Shown here piece by piece: positions 1-8,583 of a stretch of DNA of 64,000 bases (its first letter is position 1; every line of letters begins with the position of its first letter). Under the pieces are notes generated by a model. That model worked only from the letters and a program-made list of their open reading frames with translations, did not search any database and had not been told where the DNA came from. The stretch is from assembly GCA_022749815.1 (NCBI GenBank), contig JAKIWV010000003.1, forward strand, positions 40,938 through 104,937, in the 5' to 3' direction. This DNA is from Thermoplasmata archaeon (GTDB taxonomy: Archaea > Thermoplasmatota > Thermoplasmata > Lutacidiplasmatales > UBA184). A program made the translations under genes and the position numbers.

Positions 1-80
1 CACCTCGACGGACGCCTCAACCATGGACCTTACCTTGAGGTAGACTTAAGGCCCTTCCCTCCCTGAAATGGCGAGGAGAG

Positions 81-524
81 ATGGTGCAGCTGGTCGACAT
101 TCCCGTATTGCAGTGTCACCGGTGCGCCTACGCGTGGCGTCCGTCGCAACCGGTCGTCAGGATATGCCCCCGATGTAAGTCCGAGCGGTGGGACGTTCCC
201 AAGGTTCGGAGAGACCTCGGGCGCCAGACCGGTCTGGGAATCGCCGAGGTGATCGGTACGAACCGCGAGCAGGTGCTTCGGCTAGCCCGCCGGCATGGAG
301 CTCGGAACGTACGGGTCTTCGGCTCGGTGCGACGGGGACAGGCCACGGCCCGCAGTGACGTGGACTTCCTGGTCGATTATCGAGAGGGCGCCGACCTATT
401 CGACGAGATCCATCTCATGCGCGACCTCCGGAAACTCCTGGAGAGGCCCGTGGAGGTCACCACCGAGGACGCGTTGCACCCTCTTGTGCGCGCACAAGTC
501 ATGTATGAGGCGGTGCCGCTCTGA
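81..524 (+). CDS. MNT-type nucleotidyltransferase (antitoxin of HepT/MNT pair) with N-terminal zinc ribbon
   Basis: GS-x10-DxD motif (GSVRRGQATARSDVDFLVD). N-terminal CHRC...CPRC. Stop lies 2 nt before the next start. Confidence 0.8.
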   Translation: MVQLVDIPVLQCHRCAYAWRPSQPVVRICPRCKSERWDVPKVRRDLGRQTGLGIAEVIGTNREQVLRLARRHGARNVRVFGSVRRGQATARSDVDFLVDYREGADLFDEIHLMRDLRKLLERPVEVTTEDALHPLVRAQVMYEAVPL

Positions 525-526
525 CG

Positions 527-865
527 GTGACCGACAAACTCCGGCTCAACGAGATGCTGGAGGCCATCGTGCGGACAAATGGTTACGTAGCCCGAGGCCG
601 AGCGGTCTTCTTTGCGGATTATGACACCCGAGAGCTGGTCATTCATCACCTCGAACATCTTGCCGAGTCCGCCGATCAAGCCTCCCAGCGATTCAAACGG
701 GGGAATCCCCTTGTGCCATGGGCGGATCTTCGGGAGCTGCGTACGCTCCTGAATCACCAGTACATGCGCCCTCAGCAAGACAGGGTCTGGGCTTTCGTGA
801 CGAAGCAGCTCCCGACGATCGAGCGACGCCTGAGAAGGGCACGAGTTGTGGGGACCGACCTGTAG
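527..865 (+). CDS. HepT-like HEPN/DUF86 RNase toxin
   Basis: Rx4HxY motif RTLLNHQY. About 110 aa. Immediately downstream of the MNT gene. Confidence 0.8.
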   Translation: MTDKLRLNEMLEAIVRTNGYVARGRAVFFADYDTRELVIHHLEHLAESADQASQRFKRGNPLVPWADLRELRTLLNHQYMRPQQDRVWAFVTKQLPTIERRLRRARVVGTDL

Positions 866-1114
866 GACGGGCCTCGGCGGAGCTAGACCCTAGTCGCGGT
901 GAGCTCAGAAGGGACGAAGGAGTCACGCTGGCTTCCGCCGGACGGAGCCCAGCGGCTGGTTACGTCGGGGCCCGCCCAGGCCAATCTGAACGGGTCGTGG
1001 AGCGGCCACGCGTCCCCGGTGTCGAATGCCTTCGGGTGCACGCTCAGCTTCAAACCCTCCGCGTGACTTTTCACGACTGCAGGTGACCGTACGAGCCTCG
1101 ACTCTCCCACGACC

Positions 1115-3175
1115 GTGGTGTCCCCCCTCTTCCCCTACCGGCCCCGTCCAGGCCAAGAGACGACGATCCACGAGATCCAGGGAGTAGTGGAGCATGGAGG
1201 CGTCCTCCTCTTGGACGCAGCGACGGGCTCCGGAAAGACCGTCGCCGCGCTCGCTCCCCTGCTCGAGCACGCCGAGGCGGCGGATCATCGGGTGCTTTAC
1301 CTGGTCCGGACCCACGCCCAGGAGGCCCAGGTCCTGTTGGAGACGCGAGCCATCGGGGCCCGGGCCGGCCGCCCCATCCTAGCCGTCGGGCTCGAAGGCC
1401 GGCAAGGACGCTGCCTCCTGCTCGAGAGCATGGCCGAGATGCGCGGCGCCACCTCGGAGGAATACGGACACCTCTGCGGGGACCGGAAGCGCGCGACGCG
1501 GCAGTCCCTCCAGGGCGGAACCTTGTTCACCCCGCCAGCAGCGCTGCCGGAGAGCCGCAGCGTCGACCTCACCGATTTAGACGGGTGCCCCTACTATGCC
1601 CGGGTGCTTCAGGCCGATATCGAATCGCTCGCGGAGCGGTTCTCCCAGAACCTGCCCACGGCCCAAGGGTACGAAGAGTACTGCCGAGCCGAGAACCTCT
1701 GTCCCTACGAACTGTCCAAACTCCTCGTGGGCCGCGCCCGGTTGGTGACCGCCCCGTATGCTTTCTTTTTCCATCCCCACATCCGCAGCTCCCTCCTGAG
1801 TTGGATGGGCGTGGGGCTCGACCGGGTGGACCTGGTCATTGACGAGGCGCACAACCTTCCGGACCACCTCCGGGACCTGTCGACAGTGGCCCTGCCGCTC
1901 GATTCCATACGGCGGGCCCGGGCCGAGGTCACGGAGCGCGGCGACTTTGCGCTCGCCGATGGGCTCACCGCCGTTCAATTCTTCGACCGGGTGGCCCAAG
2001 CCGTCCAAGAGCTCGTCGGCCAAAATGCCCGCGAAGAGGATGGGATCCTCCCTCCCCGCGCGCTGGAAGACCTTCTGCTCACGACCTTCGGCGGCACGTC
2101 GTTGCAACTCACGGGCTACCTCGAACAGCTCGCCTCGTGGGGCGAGACGCTCCGCGAGGAGCGCCGGCGCGAGCGTCGGCTCCCCCGGTCCTGGGTCCAC
2201 ACCGTGGCCCTTACGCTCCTCGGCTGGCCCGAGCTTGAGCCCCCCGAGTACGTCAAGGTCGTCACCCGCGAGCCTCGGCGCTCGCTGGAGGCCTATTCGC
2301 TTGACGCGGCCATCCCCGCCGCCCCGATCCGGGAATGCCACTTGTCGGTCCACATGTCCGGCACCCTCGCACCGCTCGAGGAGTACCGGGACGCACTGGG
2401 GCTTCCCGAGACCAGTCGTCTGGTGCAGCTGCCCGGCCCGTTCCCACCGGAGAACCGGCTCTACTTCTACGACCCCGGGGTCACGACCCGGTACGAGGAA
2501 CTCCAGTCGGATCCGTCGGCGCTGGAGCGCTTGGCGGACCGGATCGCTGAGATCCTCGAAGTACTGCCGGTCAAGACGGCTGTGTTCTTCCCGAGCTTTG
2601 CGCTCATGGACCGGATCCTCGCGGCCGGCCTCGCCGCACAATTGCCGCGCGGGGCCGTCGTCGAGGCTCGGACGCTGTCCATGGGGGACCTGTGGCGGCT
2701 CATCGAAGGGTTCAAACAAGCCCCCGGCGCCGGGGCCTTCCTGGGCGTGGCCGGAGGTCGCGTTGCGGAAGGCATCGATTTCCCGGACGAGACCCTCGAA
2801 GCGGTCGTCATGGTCGGCCTACCGTTCCCGAAGCCTACGGCGAAACGGGAGGCCCTTCGCCGGTTCCTCGACGAGCGAACCCCCGGTCGGGGATGGGAGT
2901 ACGCCGTGGTGGCGCCGACCCAGCGGGGCATGCTCCAGGCCCTGGGCCGCATGATCCGTTCCGAGCACGACCGGGGGATTGGCATCGTGCTCGATCGACG
3001 GGCGGTCCAGTTCGCGGCCGTGCTTCCGGGGGTGACGCCGCTCACCGACTTGCAGGGCCACGCCCACCGGTTCTATGGTCGTAAGGCCCGGCTCCGGTGG
3101 TCCAAAGCCGCCGAGACCCGGACGCCCGCCCCGAGGGAGCCAGGGAGCGCCGGGGTTCCCGGCCCGAACCGCTAA
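1115..3175 (+). CDS. xpd: XPD/Rad3-family 5'-3' DNA helicase with FeS domain
   Basis: Walker A ATGSGKT, DEAH box (IDEAHNL), and four spaced Cys between motifs I and II (GRC, HLC, GCPYY, LCPYE). Confidence 0.85.
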   Translation: MVSPLFPYRPRPGQETTIHEIQGVVEHGGVLLLDAATGSGKTVAALAPLLEHAEAADHRVLYLVRTHAQEAQVLLETRAIGARAGRPILAVGLEGRQGRCLLLESMAEMRGATSEEYGHLCGDRKRATRQSLQGGTLFTPPAALPESRSVDLTDLDGCPYYARVLQADIESLAERFSQNLPTAQGYEEYCRAENLCPYELSKLLVGRARLVTAPYAFFFHPHIRSSLLSWMGVGLDRVDLVIDEAHNLPDHLRDLSTVALPLDSIRRARAEVTERGDFALADGLTAVQFFDRVAQAVQELVGQNAREEDGILPPRALEDLLLTTFGGTSLQLTGYLEQLASWGETLREERRRERRLPRSWVHTVALTLLGWPELEPPEYVKVVTREPRRSLEAYSLDAAIPAAPIRECHLSVHMSGTLAPLEEYRDALGLPETSRLVQLPGPFPPENRLYFYDPGVTTRYEELQSDPSALERLADRIAEILEVLPVKTAVFFPSFALMDRILAAGLAAQLPRGAVVEARTLSMGDLWRLIEGFKQAPGAGAFLGVAGGRVAEGIDFPDETLEAVVMVGLPFPKPTAKREALRRFLDERTPGRGWEYAVVAPTQRGMLQALGRMIRSEHDRGIGIVLDRRAVQFAAVLPGVTPLTDLQGHAHRFYGRKARLRWSKAAETRTPAPREPGSAGVPGPNR

Positions 3176-3201
3176 AGAGCCGGCCCGTACGACAGGGAAC
3201 C

Positions 3202-4179
3202 GTGATCATCACCCGGACGCCATTCCGGATCTCGTTCGCCGGCGGGGGCACCGACCTGCCGTCGTTCTACCGCGCCTTCGATGGCGGGGCGGTCACGAGC
3301 GGCGCGATCGACCGGTTCATCCACGTACTCGTGAACGAGAAGTTCGACCGCTCGATTCGCGTCGCCTACTCCAAGACGGAGAACGTCGAATCGGTGGACG
3401 ACCTCCAGCACGGTCTGGTTCGAGAGGCGCTGCGCCTGACCCAGGTCCACCGGGCCGTGGAGGTCCATACGATCGCGGATATTCCCGGCGAAGGCACCGG
3501 GATTGGTTCGTCGTCGAGCCTCACGGTGGGCCTCCTCAACGCGCTCTATGCGTACAAGGGACAGGTCGTCGACCCGTCCCGGCTCGCCGAGGAGGCGTGT
3601 CGCATCGAGATCAACATCCTCCACGGCACCCTCGGCAAGCAGGACCAGTACATCGCGGCGTTTGGGGGATTGCACTACTTCGAGTTCCGGCCAGACGATA
3701 CCGTCCGGGTCCGCCCGATCCCGCTCGCCCGCACCGACCTGGACATGCTCTCCTCGCACCTGTCGCTGTTCTATACCGGCACGGCCCGCAGCTCCCAACC
3801 GATCCTCAAGGAGCAAGAGGCCCGGACGACGGAGAACCGGGATGCCCTCCTGCGCATCAGGGAACTGGCCCGCTCGACCCGGGACGCGCTCGTCGCCCGG
3901 GACTGGGACCGCGTCGGCGCCCTGCTCGACGAAGGGTGGCGGCTCAAGCGGGGGCTGTCCGTGGGAATCTCCAACGACCAGATCGATGACTGGTACCAGC
4001 GAGGAATGGCCGCCGGAGCCCTCGGGGGCAAGATCACCGGCGCCGGCGGCGGCGGATTTCTCCTCCTGTTCCACCCTCCCGAGAGAAGCGCTCAAGTAGC
4101 GCAGGCCCTCGCCCCGATGGAGCGATTGCCGGTCCGGATCAGCCCGGAGGGATCTCGGATTCTCATGGTGCAACGATGA
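3202..4179 (+). CDS. hddA: GHMP sugar kinase, D-glycero-D-manno-heptose-7-phosphate kinase-like (COG2605 type)
   Basis: N-terminus RTPFRISFAGGGTDLP, GHMP motif PGEGTGIGSSSS, C-terminal KITGAGGGGF. GTG start chosen inside longer ORF 3097..4179. Confidence 0.7.
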   Translation: MIITRTPFRISFAGGGTDLPSFYRAFDGGAVTSGAIDRFIHVLVNEKFDRSIRVAYSKTENVESVDDLQHGLVREALRLTQVHRAVEVHTIADIPGEGTGIGSSSSLTVGLLNALYAYKGQVVDPSRLAEEACRIEINILHGTLGKQDQYIAAFGGLHYFEFRPDDTVRVRPIPLARTDLDMLSSHLSLFYTGTARSSQPILKEQEARTTENRDALLRIRELARSTRDALVARDWDRVGALLDEGWRLKRGLSVGISNDQIDDWYQRGMAAGALGGKITGAGGGGFLLLFHPPERSAQVAQALAPMERLPVRISPEGSRILMVQR

Positions 4180-4781
4180 CCGACCCCGACCCGGCGCTCC
4201 AGGCCTACGTCCAACGTTACGTCGAGGAGACGGACGGCGCGCTCCGGGACGCCTTCCTGACCGAAGGGATTTCTCGGGTCATTCCCGTCCTGCGCAAGGC
4301 CCGCGACGAAGGCCGCACCGTCTATTTCTTCGGGAATGGGGGGAGCGCTTCTACCGCCAGCCACATGGCCCAGGACATCGCCAAGCTGACGATCGTCGAA
4401 GGGCAGAAGCGGTTCCGCACCCACTCGCTCGCGGACCACATGTCGGTCATCCTCGCCGTGGGCAACGACGTGAGTTTCAGCGAGATCTACGCGGAGCAGA
4501 TCAAGAGCCAGGGCCGCGCCGACGACGTGGCCATCGGGATCAGTGGCAGCGGGAACTCGCCCAACGTGCTCCGGGCACTCGAGGAGGCCCGCAAGCTGGG
4601 GATGACCACCGTGGGGTTCATCGGAACGGGCGGGGGGAAAATGAAGGCCCTCTGCGACGTGTCCGTCATCGTTCCTTCCAGCAACATGCAGCACATCGAG
4701 GACCTTCACCACATCCTGCTTCACCTCTTGGCCTCGTATCTGCGGGACGAAGCCCGGGCGCCGCCCCACGACGCGCGATGA
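4176..4781 (+). CDS. gmhA: SIS-domain phosphoheptose isomerase
   Basis: FFGNGGSASTASHMAQD and GISGSGNSPNV motifs. ATGA overlap with the upstream kinase. Confidence 0.8.
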   Translation: MTDPDPALQAYVQRYVEETDGALRDAFLTEGISRVIPVLRKARDEGRTVYFFGNGGSASTASHMAQDIAKLTIVEGQKRFRTHSLADHMSVILAVGNDVSFSEIYAEQIKSQGRADDVAIGISGSGNSPNVLRALEEARKLGMTTVGFIGTGGGKMKALCDVSVIVPSSNMQHIEDLHHILLHLLASYLRDEARAPPHDAR

Positions 4782-5620
4782 CCGTCCAAGTCCGCGATTA
4801 CATGGTGCTCTCGGTGGAGCACCTCGACTCGGAGGCGACCGTCGGTCAGGCCATCGACACGGTGACCCGGAGTCGCCATCATGGGTTGCCCATCACCGAC
4901 CCGGAAGGCCGGCTGATCGGATTCGTCAGCGCGAAGGAGCTGCTGCGGCACGCGGGCGACCGGAGTCGGAAGATCCTGGACATCATCCACAGCGGGACCT
5001 ACACCGCAACGCCGGAAATGGGGATCGACGACGTTGCCCGGATCATGTTCCGCTTCGGGCTTCGGGACCTTCCGATCATCGACGAGGACGGAAAGCTCTG
5101 CGGGATCATCTCGAACCTCGACATCGTCCGCTCCCATTTCGAGCGGGCCTCCCCGGCGAAGGCCGAGATGCTGCGCAAGCTGCTCGCCGACCGATACCAT
5201 CTCCCGTTCCTGTACCGGCGGGGACTCGTCCCCATCGCGAGCCTGAAACCCACGCAATGGAAGGTCTACGAGGACGAGCTCGAGGGGCGACGGTACGAGC
5301 TCGAGCGCGGCTTCGCCGAGCCGGTCCTCGTTGTGCAGAAGGGCGATGACTGGATCCTCGTGGATGGACATCATCGGGCGCTGGCCGCCCGCGAGATGGG
5401 CCTCCAGAACCTCCAGGCGTTCATCCTGACCTGTCAGAAGCCGGACGAGTTCGCCCGACTCGAGATCGGGTTGGAGCGAGCGGCCCGGGAGCACCATCTC
5501 GAGACGCTCGACAATATCGAGATCGACCGCGCCTCGCACCATCCGCTCATCGAGATCACGACGCAGCTCATCCGTCGGTTCGAATCCGACGGCGTCAAGG
5601 GAACCTCAGACGGGCCTTGA
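4778..5620 (+). CDS. CBS-pair + ParB-N/Srx-fold fusion protein
   Basis: Two CBS repeats (HHGLPITDPEGRLIGFVS; LRDLPIIDEDGKLCGIIS), then LKPTQ...ILVDGHHRALAAREMG. ATGA overlap with gmhA. Confidence 0.8.
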   Translation: MTVQVRDYMVLSVEHLDSEATVGQAIDTVTRSRHHGLPITDPEGRLIGFVSAKELLRHAGDRSRKILDIIHSGTYTATPEMGIDDVARIMFRFGLRDLPIIDEDGKLCGIISNLDIVRSHFERASPAKAEMLRKLLADRYHLPFLYRRGLVPIASLKPTQWKVYEDELEGRRYELERGFAEPVLVVQKGDDWILVDGHHRALAAREMGLQNLQAFILTCQKPDEFARLEIGLERAAREHHLETLDNIEIDRASHHPLIEITTQLIRRFESDGVKGTSDGP

Positions 5621-5790
5621 TCCCGTTTCGGGCCGGCCCGGTTTCAACCAGGGCCACGTTACCGGACGGACGGGGGACGCGGAGCGGCTTTAGCTGCTCC
5701 CCGGACGCACCGGGTCGGCGGACGGGCGAGTCGGACCGAATTGGTACGTGGGACATATCAAGCGGTCGTCGGTCCGGGCGCCGTCCGTCT

Positions 5791-6837
5791 ATGAATAGGC
5801 CACGGACTCTTCGTCGCGGGGCCGTGGCCTCGCTGGTCGCCGGCCTTGTGATGTGGGCCGTCGTCCTGCCGCTCGTGGCGCCCGTGGCCCACGCCGCGCA
5901 GGTGGGCCGGGAACTCGGGGTGCCCCGTGTGTCCGTCACCCCAACGATCGCGCCCCACGTGAACCTGACGATCAACACATCGGATGTGCCGGCGTTCGTT
6001 CCGAACGCGCTCCATGCAACGTCGGGCCAGAACCTGACGATCAAGCTCGTGAACTCGGGGACCTTCAACCATACGTTCACGCTCTCACGGAATGGCAGCG
6101 AGACGTTCCCTCGAAATTGGACCCCCGCCCAGTTGTCGGCGTACTTCTCCGCGCACGTGCCCCTGGTCAACGTGTCGATGCCCGCGCAGACCAGCCGGTT
6201 CGTGAACCTCTCCCTGAACTCGACCATGGCCGGTGGCCACTTCGAGTTCGTCTCGCTGATCCCCTACCAGTTCCAGGCCGGTCTCTTCGGCTTCCTGAAC
6301 GTGACCCCTCCCGTCAGCGCCACCCTGACATTCTACGTGAACGCGACCGACACCTACACGTTCGTCGCGAGTCACCTCGACGGCTCCTCGGTCACCAAGT
6401 TCCCGGTCGCCGTCAACGTGTTCTTCGGAACGTTGGGCGTGCTTAGCCACACGTTCACTCTGTCGGCGATTCCGAATTACAACCTCGGTTCACTGAACTC
6501 CTCGACGTTCTTCACCCAGCATCCTCCGTTGGTGAACATCGCCGCCCCCACGAGCACCGGGAGCTACACCAACGGGTCCTTCGTGCTCAACGGACCGGGC
6601 GCCTACGAGTTCATCTGCACGATCCAGGGGCACTTCGCGAACGGCATGTTCGGCTTCCTGTATGCGGGCGTCCCGGTCCCGACTCCCGTCGTCGTCGCCA
6701 ACTTGAGCACCGCGCTCGTTCAGACGGAGGTTCTCATCGGTGGGGGAGCCCTCCTCGGCATCGGCGCGCTGCTCGCGGCCGCCGCCGCGATCAGCGGCCG
6801 GATCCCCCCGGCGGAAGGCGGAGCGAAGCACCACTGA
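5791..6837 (+). CDS. Tandem-cupredoxin blue copper protein with Tat signal and C-terminal membrane anchor
   Basis: RR signal TLRRGAVASL. The last domain has the HTFTL...C-x3-H-x4-M site (FICTIQGHFANGMFGFL). C-terminal hydrophobic helix. Many N-x-S/T sequons. ATG 5791 chosen inside ORF 5617..6837. Confidence 0.75.
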   Translation: MNRPRTLRRGAVASLVAGLVMWAVVLPLVAPVAHAAQVGRELGVPRVSVTPTIAPHVNLTINTSDVPAFVPNALHATSGQNLTIKLVNSGTFNHTFTLSRNGSETFPRNWTPAQLSAYFSAHVPLVNVSMPAQTSRFVNLSLNSTMAGGHFEFVSLIPYQFQAGLFGFLNVTPPVSATLTFYVNATDTYTFVASHLDGSSVTKFPVAVNVFFGTLGVLSHTFTLSAIPNYNLGSLNSSTFFTQHPPLVNIAAPTSTGSYTNGSFVLNGPGAYEFICTIQGHFANGMFGFLYAGVPVPTPVVVANLSTALVQTEVLIGGGALLGIGALLAAAAAISGRIPPAEGGAKHH

Positions 6838-6888
6838 TCGGGGGAGCCAGGCTCCCTCGGTCCGGTTCTGCCTCTCGGCCCCCAGAGC

Positions 6889-7368
6889 CTAGGTCACCAC
6901 CAGGAACGAGCGCATCGTTCCGTGGAAGGTGCCACAGAATTCGGTGCACTGGATCAGGTACTCGGTCCCCGGGGAAACGATCGGCACTGTGAACTGGAAC
7001 TGGTTGTCCCGACCGGGGATCGCATCGATCCGGAGCCCTAGGCTCGGAATGTTGAGCGAGTGAACCACGTCGGCCGATGTGACGTTGATCTGCACGACCT
7101 CGCCGGGTTTCGCCCACAAAGCTCCCCCCGTAACGGACCCTAAGCCGTTCGAGCCGGCCGCCGGAGGGTTGTAGGTGGAATTGTAGTGCGTGTGGTTCGC
7201 CGGATAGTAGAATTCCCAGAACCATTGGTGGGCGGTCACTTCCACGTACTCTCCGGGGTGAGGGGAGAGCGCGTCGACGTGGTAGAGCAGCAGGGCGGAG
7301 TAGCCCGCCACGCCGGCGAGCAACCCGACGACGGCCAGGGTCCAGGCCACCTCGTACTTGCTAACCAT
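6889..7368 (-). CDS. coxB: Cytochrome c oxidase subunit II, TM2 + CuA domain part
   Basis: CuA site H...CTEFCGTFHGTM. YEVAWT TM2 motif. ATG 7368 overlaps the stop of the upstream small ORF (ATGGTTAG). Confidence 0.8.
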   Translation of the reverse strand: MVSKYEVAWTLAVVGLLAGVAGYSALLLYHVDALSPHPGEYVEVTAHQWFWEFYYPANHTHYNSTYNPPAAGSNGLGSVTGGALWAKPGEVVQINVTSADVVHSLNIPSLGLRIDAIPGRDNQFQFTVPIVSPGTEYLIQCTEFCGTFHGTMRSFLVVT

Positions 7369-7600
7369 AGCGCCGCCCCCGGGCCGCCGGATCCCGGAAC
7401 TTCCAGACGGCGTAGGCAAGGAATGCGAACGTGATGATCGCGCCGCCCACGCTGATGGCGAGAATGACCCAGACGAGCGGGGAGATCTGCTGAAGGTCGG
7501 TCTGCCCCGCAGCCCGAAGGGGGCCCGGTAGCAGTCCTAGGCCGAAGGCCCAGCCGACGGCCCGCCCGCGGACGGTGCCGAGGCCCCGCACATCCACCAC
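7361..7600 (-). CDS. Cytochrome c oxidase subunit II N-terminal TM1 segment as a separate ORF
   Basis: A single TM helix followed by WKFRDPAARGRR, typical of the CoxII TM1 loop. Reading frame differs from the main coxB ORF. Confidence 0.55.
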   Translation of the reverse strand: MVDVRGLGTVRGRAVGWAFGLGLLPGPLRAAGQTDLQQISPLVWVILAISVGGAIITFAFLAYAVWKFRDPAARGRRYG

Positions 7601-7740
7601 CGAGGGCCCGAATTAGATATTCCCCACGTACGAACTGGAGAGGACCTCCCGCCGGCGGGGCCGGACGACTCTGCGGGCGGCGGTCGCCGTCGATACGTAC
7701 ACAGGGCGTTTGAAGGGAGGTCCTGTTCGAAGCTCCTGCA

Positions 7741-8454
7741 ATGAGTGGGGGGCCTCGAGGCTGGCGACGTCGCTCGCTCGCGGGCGCGATCGGTGTCTCC
7801 GTGCTGTTCCTTCTGCTACCCGCCGCGGTCGCTACCGGGGGAACGGGGCTCCTCAGCTCTCGACCGTTGGTCGTTCATACGGCAGCTGGCACGACCGTCC
7901 AGATGACGGTCGGGGCGGGCGGGGGGTTCGTCTTCACGCCCGATACGATCTCCAACGTCGCCCCCGGATCGACGGTCACGATCCAGATCAGGAATTTGGG
8001 CACCGTACCCCATACGTTCACCCTGTCGAGTCTTGTGAATTATACGCTGCCGTACGCAAGTAACACGAACCTGACCTCCGTTTTCCTTGTGCAGCACCCG
8101 GCGTTGGTCTCGGTCAACATTCCAGATGTCCAAGGGGGCGTGACTCCGGTCACCTTCACCGCGCCAACAACGATCGGCTCCTACCAGTTCTTTTGCCAGG
8201 TCCCCGGCCACTTCGCGACGGGAATGGAAGGCCTGCTGGGGGTGGGCATCTCCGTCAGCGGACCCGGCGCGCCTCCGGGAATCGGGCCTCCGGTGTTCAT
8301 CATCAGCGGAACGATCGTTGGATTGGTGATCGCTGCCATCGTGCTCGGGTTCGTTGTCGGACAGCGCGAGGGAACCAAGCACGAGATGCCCCCCGAACGC
8401 CTCGGATACTCGGAAATCTCCTCCCCTACCGTGCCGGCCAAGCCCCCGTACTGA
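7741..8454 (+). CDS. Plastocyanin/halocyanin/sulfocyanin-like blue copper protein, Tat-exported and membrane anchored
   Basis: WRRRSLAG signal. HTFTL...FFCQVPGHFATGM type-1 Cu ligands. C-terminal TM helix. Confidence 0.8.
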   Translation: MSGGPRGWRRRSLAGAIGVSVLFLLLPAAVATGGTGLLSSRPLVVHTAAGTTVQMTVGAGGGFVFTPDTISNVAPGSTVTIQIRNLGTVPHTFTLSSLVNYTLPYASNTNLTSVFLVQHPALVSVNIPDVQGGVTPVTFTAPTTIGSYQFFCQVPGHFATGMEGLLGVGISVSGPGAPPGIGPPVFIISGTIVGLVIAAIVLGFVVGQREGTKHEMPPERLGYSEISSPTVPAKPPY

Positions 8455-8583
8455 TCCCGCGCGGCCGATATGGGCCGCCGGTCCGCCCCCTCCGCTACTG
8501 AGAAACGGGACGCAATGAAAACCTACGTAAGTTGTAGGAGCTTTCGAGCGCATCCTTAATAGGAAGTCCGTCTACGGAACCTA

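Noticed and set aside
866-1114. The 249-nt gap between hepT and xpd as an ncRNA or small gene (ORFs 883-1110 and 923-1315 on the minus strand).
   Set aside because: I could find no convincing structure, C/D box pair or protein-like translation. A minus-strand start 4 nt from the xpd start leaves no promoter room. It remains unexplained.
1577-2719. Long antisense ORFs opposite real genes (for example 1577-2719, 3172-4173, 8581-9432, 55974-58076, 59826-61358, 61422-62891, 42995-region partners).
   Set aside because: Their translations are Arg/Gly/Pro/Asp-rich low-complexity strings with no motifs. The opposite strand carries clearly recognisable proteins. In high-GC DNA, stop-free shadow frames are expected.
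1115-3175. The XPD helicase as part of a defence system with the adjacent toxin-antitoxin pair.
   Set aside because: It has the canonical FeS-domain XPD architecture expected of the housekeeping repair helicase. There is no nuclease or other defence partner, and the adjacency alone is weak evidence.
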